A stretch of DNA of 64,000 nt from the human T2T-CHM13v2.0 reference genome, Homo sapiens: the NCBI RefSeq assembly GCF_009914755.1, contig NC_060925.1; one strand, 5' to 3'. Below are positions 12,901-26,284 of the stretch, piece by piece; the stretch's first letter is position 1, and each line of letters starts with the position of its first letter. The notes below the pieces were generated by a model. That model ran no database searches and was not told where the DNA came from. It saw nothing but the letters and a program-made list of their open reading frames with translations. The position numbers were made by a program, and so were the translations under genes.

Positions 12901-15900
12901 ACAGAAGAATTCCCAGTAACTTCCTTGTGTTGTGTGCATTCAACTCACAGAGTTGAACGTTCCCTTAGACAGAGCAGATTTGAAACACTCTATTTGTGCA
13001 ATTTGCAAGTGTAGATTTGAAGCGCTTTAAGGTCAATGGCAGAAAAGGAAATATCTTCGTTTCAAAACTAGACAGAATCATTCCCACAAACTGCGTTGTG
13101 ATGTGTTCGTTCAACTCACAGAGTTTAACCTTTCTGTTCATAGAGCAGTTAGGAAACACTCTGTTTGTAAAGTCTGTAAGTGGATATTCTGACATCTTGT
13201 GGCCTTCGTTGGAAACGGGATTTCTACATATTCTGCTAGACAGAAGAATTCTCAGTAACTTCCTTGTGTTGTGTGTATTCAATTCACAGAGTTGAATGAT
13301 CCTTTACACAGAGCAGACTTGAAACACTCTTTTTGTGGAATTTGCAAGTGGAGATTTCAGCCGCTTTGAGGTCAATGGTAGAACAGGAAATATCTTCCTA
13401 TAGAAACTAGACAGAATGATTCTCAGAAACTCCTTTGTGATGTGTGCGTTCAACTAACAGAGTTTAACCTTTCTTTTCATAGAGCAGTTAGGAAACACTC
13501 TGTTTGTAAAGTCTGCAAGTGGATATTCAGACCTCCTTGAGGCCTTCGTTGGCAACAGGATTTCTTCATATTCTGCTAGACAGAAGAATTCTCAGTAACT
13601 TCCTTGTGTTGTGTGTATTCAACTCACAGAGTTGAACGATCCTTTACAGAGAGCAGACTTGAAACACTCTTTTTGTGGAATTTGCAAGTGGAGATTTCAT
13701 CCGCTTTGAGGTCAATGGTGGAAAAGGAAATATCTTCGTATAAAGACTAGACAGAATGATGCTCAGAAACTCCTTTGTGATGTGTGCGTTCAACTCACAG
13801 AGTTTAACTTTTCTTTTCATAGAGTAGTTAGGAAACACTCTGTGTGTAAAGTCTGCAAGTGGATATTCAGACCTCTTTGAGGCCCTCGTTGGAAACGGGA
13901 TTTCTTCATATTATGCTAGACAGAATAATTCTCAGTAACTTCCTTGTGTTGTGTGTATTCAACTCACAGAGTTGAACGATCCTTTACAGAGAGCAGACTT
14001 GAAACACTCTTTTTGTGGAATTTGCAAGTGGAGATTTCAGCCGCTTTGAGGTCAATGGTAGAATAGGAAATATCTTCCTATAGAAACTACACAGAATGAT
14101 TCTCAGAAACTCCTTTGTGATGTGTGCGTTCAACTCACAGAGTTTAACCTTTCTTTTCATAGAGCAGTTAGGAAACACTCTGTTTGTAAAGTCTGCAAGT
14201 GGATATTCAGACCTCTTTGAGGCCTTCGTTGTAAACGGGATTTCTTCATATTCTGCAAGACAGAAGAATTCTCAGTAACTTCCTTGTGTTGTGTGTATTC
14301 AACTGACAGAGTTGAACTTTCATTTAGAGAGAGCAGATTTGAAACACTGTTTTTGTGGAATTTGCAAGTGGAGATTTCAAGCGCTTTGGGGCCAAAGGCA
14401 GAAAACGAAATATCTTCGTATAAAAACTAGACAGAATCATTCTCAGAAACTGCTGCGTGATGTGTGCGTTCAACTCTCAGAGTTTAACTTTTTTTTTCAT
14501 TCAGCGGTTTGGAAACACTCTGTTTGTAAAGTCTGCACGTGGATATTTTGACCACTTAGAGGCCTTCGTTGGAAACGGGTTTTTTTCATGTAAGGCTAGA
14601 CAGAAGAATTCCCAGTAACTTCCTTGTGTTGTGTGCATTCAACTCACAGAGTTGAACGTTCCCTTAGACAGAGCAGATTTGAAACACTCTATTTGTGCAA
14701 TTTGCAAGTGTAGATTTGAAGCGCTTTAAGGTCAATGGCAGAAAAGGAAATATGTTCGTTTCAAAACTAGACAGAATCATTCCCACAAACTGCTTTGTGA
14801 TGTGTTCGTTCAACTCACAGAGTTTAACCTTTCTGTTCATAGAGCAGTTAGGAAACACTCTGTTTGTAAAGTCTGCAAGTGGATATTCTGACATCTTGTG
14901 GCCTTCGTTGGAAACGGGATTTCTTCATATTCTGCTACACAGAAGAATTCTCAGTAACTTCCTTGTGTTGTGTGTATTCAACTCACAGAGTTGAACGATC
15001 CTTTACACAGAGCAGACTTGAAACACTCTTTTTGTGGAATTTGCAAGTGGAGATTTCAGCCGCTTTGAGGTCAATGGTAGAAAAGGAAATATCTTCGTAT
15101 AAAGACTAGACAGAATGATTCTCAGAAACTCCTTTGTGATGTGTGCGTTCAACTCACAGAGTTTAACTTTTCTTTTCATAGAGCAGTTAGGAAACACTCT
15201 GTTTGTAAAGTCTGCAAGTGGATATTCAGACCTCTTTGAGGCCTTCGTTGGAAACGGGATTTCTTCATATTATGCTAGACAGAATAATTCTCAGTAACTT
15301 CCTTGTGTTGTGTGTATTCAACTCACAGAGTTGAACGATCCTTTACAGAGAGCAGACTTGAAACACTCTTTTTGTGGAATTTGCAAGTGGAGATTTCAGC
15401 CGCTTTGAGGTCAATGGTAGAATAGGAAATATCTTCCTATAGAAACTAGACAGAATGATTCTCAGAAACTCCTTTGTGATGTGTGTGTTCAACTCACAGA
15501 GTTTAATCTTTCTTTTCATAGAGCAGTTAGTAAACACTCTGTTTATAAAGTCTGCAAGTGGATATTCAGACCCCTTTGAGGCCTTCGTTGGAAACGGGAT
15601 TTCTTCATATTATGCTAGACAGAAGAATTCTCAGTAACTTCCTTGTGTTGTGTGTATTCAACTGACAGAGTTGAACTTTCATTTAGAGAGAGCAGATTTG
15701 AAACACTGTTTTTCTGGAATTTGCAGGTGGAGATTTCAAGCGCTTTGGGGCCAAAGGCAGAAAAGAAAATATCTTCGTATAAAAACTAGACAGAATCATT
15801 CTCAGAAACTGCTGCGTGATGTGTGCGTTCAACTCTCAGAGTTTAACTTTTCTTTTCATTCAGCGGTTTGGAAACACTCTGTTTGTAAAGTCTGCACGTG

Positions 15901-18128
15901 GATATTTTGACCACTTAGAGGCTTTCGTTGGAAACGGGATTTTTTCATGTAAGGCTAGACAGAAGAATTCCCAGTAACTTCCTTGTGTTGTGTGCATTCA
16001 ACTCACAGAGTTGAACGTTCCCTTAGACAGAGCAGATTTGAAACACTCTATTTGTGCAATTTGCAAGTGTAGATTTCAAGCGCTTTAAGGTCAATGGCAG
16101 AAAAGGAAATATCTTCGTTTCAAAACTAGACAGAATCATTCCCACAAACTGCGTTGTGATGTGTTCGTTCAACTCACAGAGTTTAACCTTTCTGTTCATA
16201 GAGCAGTTAGGAAACACTCTGTTTGTAAAGTCCGTAAGTGGATATTCTGACATCTTGTGGCCTTCGTTGGAAACGGGATTTCTTCATAGTCTGCTAGACA
16301 GAAGAATTCTCAGTAACTTCCTTGTGTTGTGTGTATTCAACTCACAGAGTTGAACGATCCTTTACACAGAGCAGACTTGAAACACTCTTTTTGTGGAATT
16401 TGCAAGTGGAGATTTCAGCCGCTTTGAGGTCAATGGTAGAAAAGGAAATATCTTCGTATAAAGACTAGACAGAATGATTCTCAGAAACTCCTTTGTGATG
16501 TGTGCGTTCAACTCACAGAGTTTAACTTTTCTTTTCATAGAGCAGTTAGGAAACACTCTGTTTGTAAAGTCTGCAAGTGGATATTCAGACCTCTTTGAGG
16601 CCTTCGTTGGAAACGGGATTTCTTCATATTATGCAAGACAGAATAATTCTCAGTAACTTCCTTGTGTTGTGTGTATTCAACTCACAGAGTTGAACGATCC
16701 TTTACAGAGAGCAGACTTGAAACACTCTTTTTGTGGAATTTGCAAGTGGAGATTTCAGCCGCTTTGAGGTCATTCGTAGAAAAGGAAATATCTTCGTAGA
16801 AAAACTAGACAGAATGATTCTCAGAAACTCCTTTGTGATGTGTGTGTTCAACTCACAGAGTTTAACCTTTCTTTTCATAGAGCAGTTAGTAAACACTCTG
16901 TTTATAAAGTCTGCAAGTGGATATTCAGACCCCTTTGAGGCCTTCGTTGGAAACGGGATTTCTTCATATTATGCTAGACAGAAGAATTCTCAGTAACTTC
17001 CTTGTGTTGTGTGTATTCAACTGACAGAGTTGAACTTTCATTTAGAGAGAGCAGATTTGAAACACTGTTTTTCTGGAATTTGCAGGTGGAGATTTCAAGC
17101 GCTTTGGGGCCAAAGGCAGAAAAGGAAATATCTTCGTATAAAAACTAGACAGAATCATTCTCAGAAACTGCTGCGTGATGTGTGCGTTCAACTCTCAGAG
17201 TTTAACTTTTCTTTTCATTCAGCGGTTTGGAAACACTCTGTTTGTAAAGTCTGCACGTGGATATTTTGACCACTTAGAGGCCTTCGTTGGAAACGGGTTT
17301 TTTTCATGTAAGGCTAGACAGAAGAATTCCCAGTAACTTCCTTGTGTTGTGTGCATTCAACTCACAGAGTTGAACGTTCCCTTAGACAGAGCAGATTTGA
17401 AACACTCTATTTGTGCAATTTGCAAGTGTAGATTTCAAGCGCTTTAAGGTCAATGGCAGAAAAGGAAATATCTTCGTTTCAAAACTAGACAGAATCATTC
17501 CCACAAACTGCGTTGTGATGTGTTCGTTCAACTCACAGAGTTTAACCTTTCTGTTCATAGAGCAGTTAGGAAACACTCTGTTTGTAAAGTCCGTAAGTGG
17601 ATATTCTGACATCTTGTGGCCTTCGTTGGAAACGGGATTTCTTCATAGTCTGCTAGACAGAAGAATTCTCAGTAACTTCGTTGTGTTGTGTGTATTCAAC
17701 TCACAGAGTTGAACGATCCTTTACACAGAGCAGACTTGAAACACTCTTTTTGTGGAATTTGCAAGTGGAGATTTCAGCCGCTTTGAGGTCAATGGTAGAA
17801 TAGGAAATATCTTCTTATAGAAAATAGACAGAATGATTCTCATAAACTCCTTTGTGATGTGTGCGTTCAACTCACAGAGTTTAACTTTTCTTTTCATAGA
17901 GCAGTTAGGAAACACTCTGTTTGTAAAGTCTGCAAGTGGATATTCAGACCTCTTTGAGGCCTTCGTTGGAAACGGGATTTCTTCATATTATGCTAGGCAG
18001 AATAATTCTCAGTAACTTCCTTCTGTTGTGTGTATTCAACTCACAGAGTTGAACGATCCTTTACAGAGAGCAGACTTGAAACACTCTTTTTGTGGAATTT
18101 GCAAGTGGAGATTTCAGCCGCTTTGAGC
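9973..18128 (+). repeat. 8,156 bp (48-monomer) tandem duplication, copy 1
   Basis: Private variants recur at exactly +8156: TTATCC, GGACATTTC, CAAATGCAG, TTCATAAC, the +C at 12031/20187, GGCAACAGG, GCTACAC, CATTCGTAG. ORFs map 10552>18708, 12592>20748, 14291>22447, 17009>25165. Confidence 0.95.
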
Positions 18129-21100
18129 TCAATGGTAGAATAGGAAATATCTTCCTATAGAAACTAGACAGAATGATTCTCAGAAACTCCTTTGTGATGT
18201 GTGCGTTCAACTCACAGAGTTTATCCTTTCTTTTCATAGAGCAGTTAGGAAACACTCTGTTTGTAAAGTCTGCAAGTGGATATTCAGACCTCTTTGAGGC
18301 CTTCGTTGGAAACGGGATTTCTTCATATTATGCTAGACAGAAGAATTCTCAGTAACTTCCTTGTGTTGTGTGTATTCAACTCACAGAGTTGAACGATCCT
18401 TTACACAGAGCAGACTTGAAACACTCTTTTTGTGGAATTTGCAAGTGGACATTTCAGCCGCTTTGAGGTCAATAGTAGAAAAGGAAATATCTTCGAAGAA
18501 AAACTAGACAGAATGATTCTCAGAAACTCCTTTGTGATGTGTGTGTTCAACTCACAGAGTTTAACCTTTCTTTTCATAGAGCAGTTAGTAAACACTCTGT
18601 TTATAAAGTCTGCAAGTGGATATTCAGACCCCTTTGAGGCCTTCGTTGGAAACGGGATTTCTTCATATTATGCTAGACAGAAGAATTCTCAGTAACTTCC
18701 TTGTGTTGTGTGTATTCAACTGACAGAGTTGAACTTTCATTTAGAGAGAGCAGATTTGAAACACTGTTTTTGTGGAATTTGCAGGTGGAGATTTCAAGCG
18801 ATTTGGGGCCAAATGCAGAAAAGGAAATATCTTCGTATAAAAACTAGACAGAATCATTCTCAGAAACTGCTGCGTGATGTGTGCGTTCAACTCTCAGAGT
18901 TTAACTTTTCTTTTCATTCAGCGGTTTGGAAACACTCTGTTTGTAAAGTCTGCACGTGGATATTTTGACCACTTAGAGGCCTTCGTTGGAAACGGGTTTT
19001 TTTCATGTAAGGCTAGACAGAAGAATTCCCAGTAACTTCCTTGTGTTGTGTGCATTCAACTCACAGAGTTGAACGTTCCCTTAGACAGAGCAGATTTGAA
19101 ACACTCTATTTGTGCAATTTGCAAGTGTAGATTTCAAGCGCTTTAAGGTCAATGGCAGAAAAGGAAATATCTTCGTTTCATAACTAGACAGAATCATTCC
19201 CACAAACTGCGTTGTGATGTGTTCGTTCAACTCACAGAGTTTAACCTTTCTGTTCATAGAGCAGTTAGGAAACACTCTGTTTGTAAAGTCTGTAAGTGGA
19301 TATTCTGACATCTTGTGGCCTTCGTTGGAAACGGGATTTCTTCATAGTCTGCTAGACAGAAGAATTCTCAGTAACTTCCTTGTGTTGTGTGTATTCAACT
19401 CACAGAGTTGAACGATCCTTTACACAGAGCAGACTTGAAACACTCTTTTTGTGGAATTTGCAAGTGGAGATTTCAGCCGCTTTGAGGTCAATGGTAGAAT
19501 AGGAAATATCTTCTTATAGAAAATAGACAGAATGATTCTCATAAACTCCTTTGTGATGTGTGCGTTCAACTCACAGAGTTTAACTTTTCTTTTCATAGAG
19601 CAGTTAGGAAACACTCTGTTTGTAAAGTCTGCAAGTGGATATTCAGACCTCTTTGAGGCCTTCCTTGGAAACGGGATTTCTTCATATTCTGCTAGACAGA
19701 AGAATTCTCAGTAACTTCCTTGTGTTGTGTGTATTCAACTCACAGAGTTGAACGATCCTTTACAGAGAGCAGACTTGAAACACTCTTTTTGTGGAATTTG
19801 CAAGTGGAGATTTCAGCCGCTTTGAGCTCAATGGTAGAATAGGAAATATCTTCCTATAGAAACTAGACAGAATGATTCTCATAAACTCCTTTGTGATGTG
19901 TGCATTCAACTCACAGAGTTTCACCTTTCTTTTCATAGAGCAGTTAGAAAAAACTCTGTTTGTAAAGTCTGCAAGTGGATATTCAGACCTCCTTGAGGCC
20001 TTCGTTGGAAACGGGATTTCTTCATATTATGCTAGACAGAACAATTCTCAGTAACTTCCTTGTGTTGCGTGTATTCAACTCACAGAGTTGAACGATCCTT
20101 TACACAGAGCAGACTTGAAACACTCTTTTTGTGGAATTTGCAAGTGGAGATTTCAGCCGCTTTGAGGTCAATGGTAGAAAAGGAAACTATCTTCGTATAA
20201 AGACTAGACAGAATGATTCTCAGAAAATCCTTTGTGATGTGTGCGCTCCACTCACAGAGTTTAACTTTTCTTTTCATAGAGCAGTTAGGAAACACTCTGT
20301 TTGTAAAGTCTGCAAGTGGATATTCAGACCTCTTTGAGGCCTTCGTTGGAAACGGGATTTCTTCATATTATGCTAGACAGAAGAATTCTCAGTAACTTCC
20401 TTGTGTTGTGTGTATTCAAGTCACAGAGTTGAACGATCCTTTACAGAGAGCAGACTTGAAACACTCTTTTTGTGGAATTTGCAAGTGGAGATTTCAGCCG
20501 CTTTGAGGTCAATGGTAGAATAGGAAATATCTTCCTATAGAAACTAGACAGAATGATTCTCAGAAACTCCTTTGTGATGTGTGCGTTCAACTCACAGAGT
20601 TTAACCTTTCTTTTCATAGAGCAGTTAGGAAACACTCTGTTTGTAAAGTCTGCAAGTGGATATTCAGACCTCTTTGAGGCCTTCGCTGGAAAAGGGATTT
20701 CTTCATATTATGCTAGACAGAAGAATTCTCAGTAACTTCCTTGTGTTGTGTGTATTCAACTGACAGAGTTGAACTTTCATTTAGAGAGAGCAGATTTGAA
20801 ACACTGTTTTTGTGGAATTTGCAAGTGGAGATTTCAAGCGCTTTGGGGCCAAAGGCAGAAAAGGATATATCTTCGTATAAAAACTAGACAGAATCATTCT
20901 CAGAAACTGCTGCGTGATGTGTGCGTTCAACTCTCAGAGTTTAACTTTTCTTTTCATTCAGCGGTTTGGAAACACTCTGTTTGTAAAGTCTGCACGTGGA
21001 TATTTTGACCACTTAGAGGCCTTCGTTGGAAACGGGTTTTTTTCATGTAAGGCTAGACAGAAGAATTCCCAGTAACTTCCTTGTGTTGTGTGCATTCAAC

Positions 21101-24100
21101 TCACAGAGTTGAACGTTCCCTTAGACAGAGCAGATTTGAAACACTCTATTTGTGCAATTTGCAAGTGTAGATTTGAAGCGCTTTAAGGTCAATGGCAGAA
21201 AAGGAAATATCTTCGTTTCAAAACTAGACAGAATCATTCCCACAAACTGCGTTGTGATGTGTTCGTTCAACTCACAGAGTTTAACCTTTCTGTTCATAGA
21301 GCAGTTAGGAAACACTCTGTTTGTAAAGTCTGTAAGTGGATATTCTGACATCTTGTGGCCTTCGTTGGAAACGGGATTTCTACATATTCTGCTAGACAGA
21401 AGAATTCTCAGTAACTTCCTTGTGTTGTGTGTATTCAATTCACAGAGTTGAATGATCCTTTACACAGAGCAGACTTGAAACACTCTTTTTGTGGAATTTG
21501 CAAGTGGAGATTTCAGCCGCTTTGAGGTCAATGGTAGAACAGGAAATATCTTCCTATAGAAACTAGACAGAATGATTCTCAGAAACTCCTTTGTGATGTG
21601 TGCGTTCAACTAACAGAGTTTAACCTTTCTTTTCATAGAGCAGTTAGGAAACACTCTGTTTGTAAAGTCTGCAAGTGGATATTCAGACCTCCTTGAGGCC
21701 TTCGTTGGCAACAGGATTTCTTCATATTCTGCTAGACAGAAGAATTCTCAGTAACTTCCTTGTGTTGTGTGTATTCAACTCACAGAGTTGAACGATCCTT
21801 TACAGAGAGCAGACTTGAAACACTCTTTTTGTGGAATTTGCAAGTGGAGATTTCATCCGCTTTGAGGTCAATGGTGGAAAAGGAAATATCTTCGTATAAA
21901 GACTAGACAGAATGATGCTCAGAAACTCCTTTGTGATGTGTGCGTTCAACTCACAGAGTTTAACTTTTCTTTTCATAGAGTAGTTAGGAAACACTCTGTG
22001 TGTAAAGTCTGCAAGTGGATATTCAGACCTCTTTGAGGCCCTCGTTGGAAACGGGATTTCTTCATATTATGCTAGACAGAATAATTCTCAGTAACTTCCT
22101 TGTGTTGTGTGTATTCAACTCACAGAGTTGAACGATCCTTTACAGAGAGCAGACTTGAAACACTCTTTTTGTGGAATTTGCAAGTGGAGATTTCAGCCGC
22201 TTTGAGGTCAATGGTAGAATAGGAAATATCTTCCTATAGAAACTACACAGAATGATTCTCAGAAACTCCTTTGTGATGTGTGCGTTCAACTCACAGAGTT
22301 TAACCTTTCTTTTCATAGAGCAGTTAGGAAACACTCTGTTTGTAAAGTCTGCAAGTGGATATTCAGACCTCTTTGAGGCCTTCGTTGTAAACGGGATTTC
22401 TTCATATTCTGCAAGACAGAAGAATTCTCAGTAACTTCCTTGTGTTGTGTGTATTCAACTGACAGAGTTGAACTTTCATTTAGAGAGAGCAGATTTGAAA
22501 CACTGTTTTTGTGGAATTTGCAAGTGGAGATTTCAAGCGCTTTGGGGCCAAAGGCAGAAAACGAAATATCTTCGTATAAAAACTAGACAGAATCATTCTC
22601 AGAAACTGCTGCGTGATGTGTGCGTTCAACTCTCAGAGTTTAACTTTTCTTTTCATTCAGCGGTTTGGAAACACTCTGTTTGTAAAGTCTGCACGTGGAT
22701 ATTTTGACCACTTAGAGGCCTTCGTTGGAAACGGGTTTTTTTCATGTAAGGCTAGACAGAAGAATTCCCAGTAACTTCCTTGTGTTGTGTGCATTCAACT
22801 CACAGAGTTGAACGTTCCCTTAGACAGAGCAGATTTGAAACACTCTATTTGTGCAATTTGCAAGTGTAGATTTGAAGCGCTTTAAGGTCAATGGCAGAAA
22901 AGGAAATATGTTCGTTTCAAAACTAGACAGAATCATTCCCACAAACTGCTTTGTGATGTGTTCGTTCAACTCACAGAGTTTAACCTTTCTGTTCATAGAG
23001 CAGTTAGGAAACACTCTGTTTGTAAAGTCTGCAAGTGGATATTCTGACATCTTGTGGCCTTCGTTGGAAACGGGATTTCTTCATATTCTGCTACACAGAA
23101 GAATTCTCAGTAACTTCCTTGTGTTGTGTGTATTCAACTCACAGAGTTGAACGATCCTTTACACAGAGCAGACTTGAAACACTCTTTTTGTGGAATTTGC
23201 AAGTGGAGATTTCAGCCGCTTTGAGGTCAATGGTAGAAAAGGAAATATCTTCGTATAAAGACTAGACAGAATGATTCTCAGAAACTCCTTTGTGATGTGT
23301 GCGTTCAACTCACAGAGTTTAACTTTTCTTTTCATAGAGCAGTTAGGAAACACTCTGTTTGTAAAGTCTGCAAGTGGATATTCAGACCTCTTTGAGGCCT
23401 TCGTTGGAAACGGGATTTCTTCATATTATGCTAGACAGAATAATTCTCAGTAACTTCCTTGTGTTGTGTGTATTCAACTCACAGAGTTGAACGATCCTTT
23501 ACAGAGAGCAGACTTGAAACACTCTTTTTGTGGAATTTGCAAGTGGAGATTTCAGCCGCTTTGAGGTCAATGGTAGAATAGGAAATATCTTCCTATAGAA
23601 ACTAGACAGAATGATTCTCAGAAACTCCTTTGTGATGTGTGTGTTCAACTCACAGAGTTTAATCTTTCTTTTCATAGAGCAGTTAGTAAACACTCTGTTT
23701 ATAAAGTCTGCAAGTGGATATTCAGACCCCTTTGAGGCCTTCGTTGGAAACGGGATTTCTTCATATTATGCTAGACAGAAGAATTCTCAGTAACTTCCTT
23801 GTGTTGTGTGTATTCAACTGACAGAGTTGAACTTTCATTTAGAGAGAGCAGATTTGAAACACTGTTTTTCTGGAATTTGCAGGTGGAGATTTCAAGCGCT
23901 TTGGGGCCAAAGGCAGAAAAGAAAATATCTTCGTATAAAAACTAGACAGAATCATTCTCAGAAACTGCTGCGTGATGTGTGCGTTCAACTCTCAGAGTTT
24001 AACTTTTCTTTTCATTCAGCGGTTTGGAAACACTCTGTTTGTAAAGTCTGCACGTGGATATTTTGACCACTTAGAGGCTTTCGTTGGAAACGGGATTTTT

Positions 24101-26284
24101 TCATGTAAGGCTAGACAGAAGAATTCCCAGTAACTTCCTTGTGTTGTGTGCATTCAACTCACAGAGTTGAACGTTCCCTTAGACAGAGCAGATTTGAAAC
24201 ACTCTATTTGTGCAATTTGCAAGTGTAGATTTCAAGCGCTTTAAGGTCAATGGCAGAAAAGGAAATATCTTCGTTTCAAAACTAGACAGAATCATTCCCA
24301 CAAACTGCGTTGTGATGTGTTCGTTCAACTCACAGAGTTTAACCTTTCTGTTCATAGAGCAGTTAGGAAACACTCTGTTTGTAAAGTCCGTAAGTGGATA
24401 TTCTGACATCTTGTGGCCTTCGTTGGAAACGGGATTTCTTCATAGTCTGCTAGACAGAAGAATTCTCAGTAACTTCCTTGTGTTGTGTGTATTCAACTCA
24501 CAGAGTTGAACGATCCTTTACACAGAGCAGACTTGAAACACTCTTTTTGTGGAATTTGCAAGTGGAGATTTCAGCCGCTTTGAGGTCAATGGTAGAAAAG
24601 GAAATATCTTCGTATAAAGACTAGACAGAATGATTCTCAGAAACTCCTTTGTGATGTGTGCGTTCAACTCACAGAGTTTAACTTTTCTTTTCATAGAGCA
24701 GTTAGGAAACACTCTGTTTGTAAAGTCTGCAAGTGGATATTCAGACCTCTTTGAGGCCTTCGTTGGAAACGGGATTTCTTCATATTATGCAAGACAGAAT
24801 AATTCTCAGTAACTTCCTTGTGTTGTGTGTATTCAACTCACAGAGTTGAACGATCCTTTACAGAGAGCAGACTTGAAACACTCTTTTTGTGGAATTTGCA
24901 AGTGGAGATTTCAGCCGCTTTGAGGTCATTCGTAGAAAAGGAAATATCTTCGTAGAAAAACTAGACAGAATGATTCTCAGAAACTCCTTTGTGATGTGTG
25001 TGTTCAACTCACAGAGTTTAACCTTTCTTTTCATAGAGCAGTTAGTAAACACTCTGTTTATAAAGTCTGCAAGTGGATATTCAGACCCCTTTGAGGCCTT
25101 CGTTGGAAACGGGATTTCTTCATATTATGCTAGACAGAAGAATTCTCAGTAACTTCCTTGTGTTGTGTGTATTCAACTGACAGAGTTGAACTTTCATTTA
25201 GAGAGAGCAGATTTGAAACACTGTTTTTCTGGAATTTGCAGGTGGAGATTTCAAGCGCTTTGGGGCCAAAGGCAGAAAAGGAAATATCTTCGTATAAAAA
25301 CTAGACAGAATCATTCTCAGAAACTGCTGCGTGATGTGTGCGTTCAACTCTCAGAGTTTAACTTTTCTTTTCATTCAGCGGTTTGGAAACACTCTGTTTG
25401 TAAAGTCTGCACGTGGATATTTTGACCACTTAGAGGCCTTCGTTGGAAACGGGTTTTTTTCATGTAAGGCTAGACAGAAGAATTCCCAGTAACTTCCTTG
25501 TGTTGTGTGCATTCAACTCACAGAGTTGAACGTTCCCTTAGACAGAGCAGATTTGAAACACTCTATTTGTGCAATTTGCAAGTGTAGATTTCAAGCGCTT
25601 TAAGGTCAATGGCAGAAAAGGAAATATCTTCGTTTCAAAACTAGACAGAATCATTCCCACAAACTGCGTTGTGATGTGTTCGTTCAACTCACAGAGTTTA
25701 ACCTTTCTGTTCATAGAGCAGTTAGGAAACACTCTGTTTGTAAAGTCCGTAAGTGGATATTCTGACATCTTGTGGCCTTCGTTGGAAACGGGATTTCTTC
25801 ATAGTCTGCTAGACAGAAGAATTCTCAGTAACTTCGTTGTGTTGTGTGTATTCAACTCACAGAGTTGAACGATCCTTTACACAGAGCAGACTTGAAACAC
25901 TCTTTTTGTGGAATTTGCAAGTGGAGATTTCAGCCGCTTTGAGGTCAATGGTAGAATAGGAAATATCTTCTTATAGAAAATAGACAGAATGATTCTCATA
26001 AACTCCTTTGTGATGTGTGCGTTCAACTCACAGAGTTTAACTTTTCTTTTCATAGAGCAGTTAGGAAACACTCTGTTTGTAAAGTCTGCAAGTGGATATT
26101 CAGACCTCTTTGAGGCCTTCGTTGGAAACGGGATTTCTTCATATTATGCTAGGCAGAATAATTCTCAGTAATTTCCTTCTGTTGTGTGTATTCAACTCAC
26201 AGAGTTGAACGATCCTTTACAGAGAGCAGACTTGAAACACTCTTTTTGTGGAATTTGCAAGTGGAGATTTCAGCCGCTTTGAGC
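18129..26284 (+). repeat. 8,156 bp tandem duplication, copy 2
   Basis: Near-identical to 9973-18128; only about 5 differences seen by eye (near 12529, 12689, 14491, 20247, 26172). Confidence 0.95.

Noticed and set aside
14224-14240. Variant CENP-B boxes such as CTTCGTTGTAAACGGGA (also 56102 CTTCGTAGG and 63576 CTTCGATGG)
   Set aside because: The changes fall outside the nine core positions, so they were not counted as broken.
14488-14497. T-run variant (AACTTTTTTTTTCAT) distinguishing copy 1 of the 8 kb duplication
   Set aside because: A single C>T within a T-rich tract that could be a consensus error; too weak to interpret alone.
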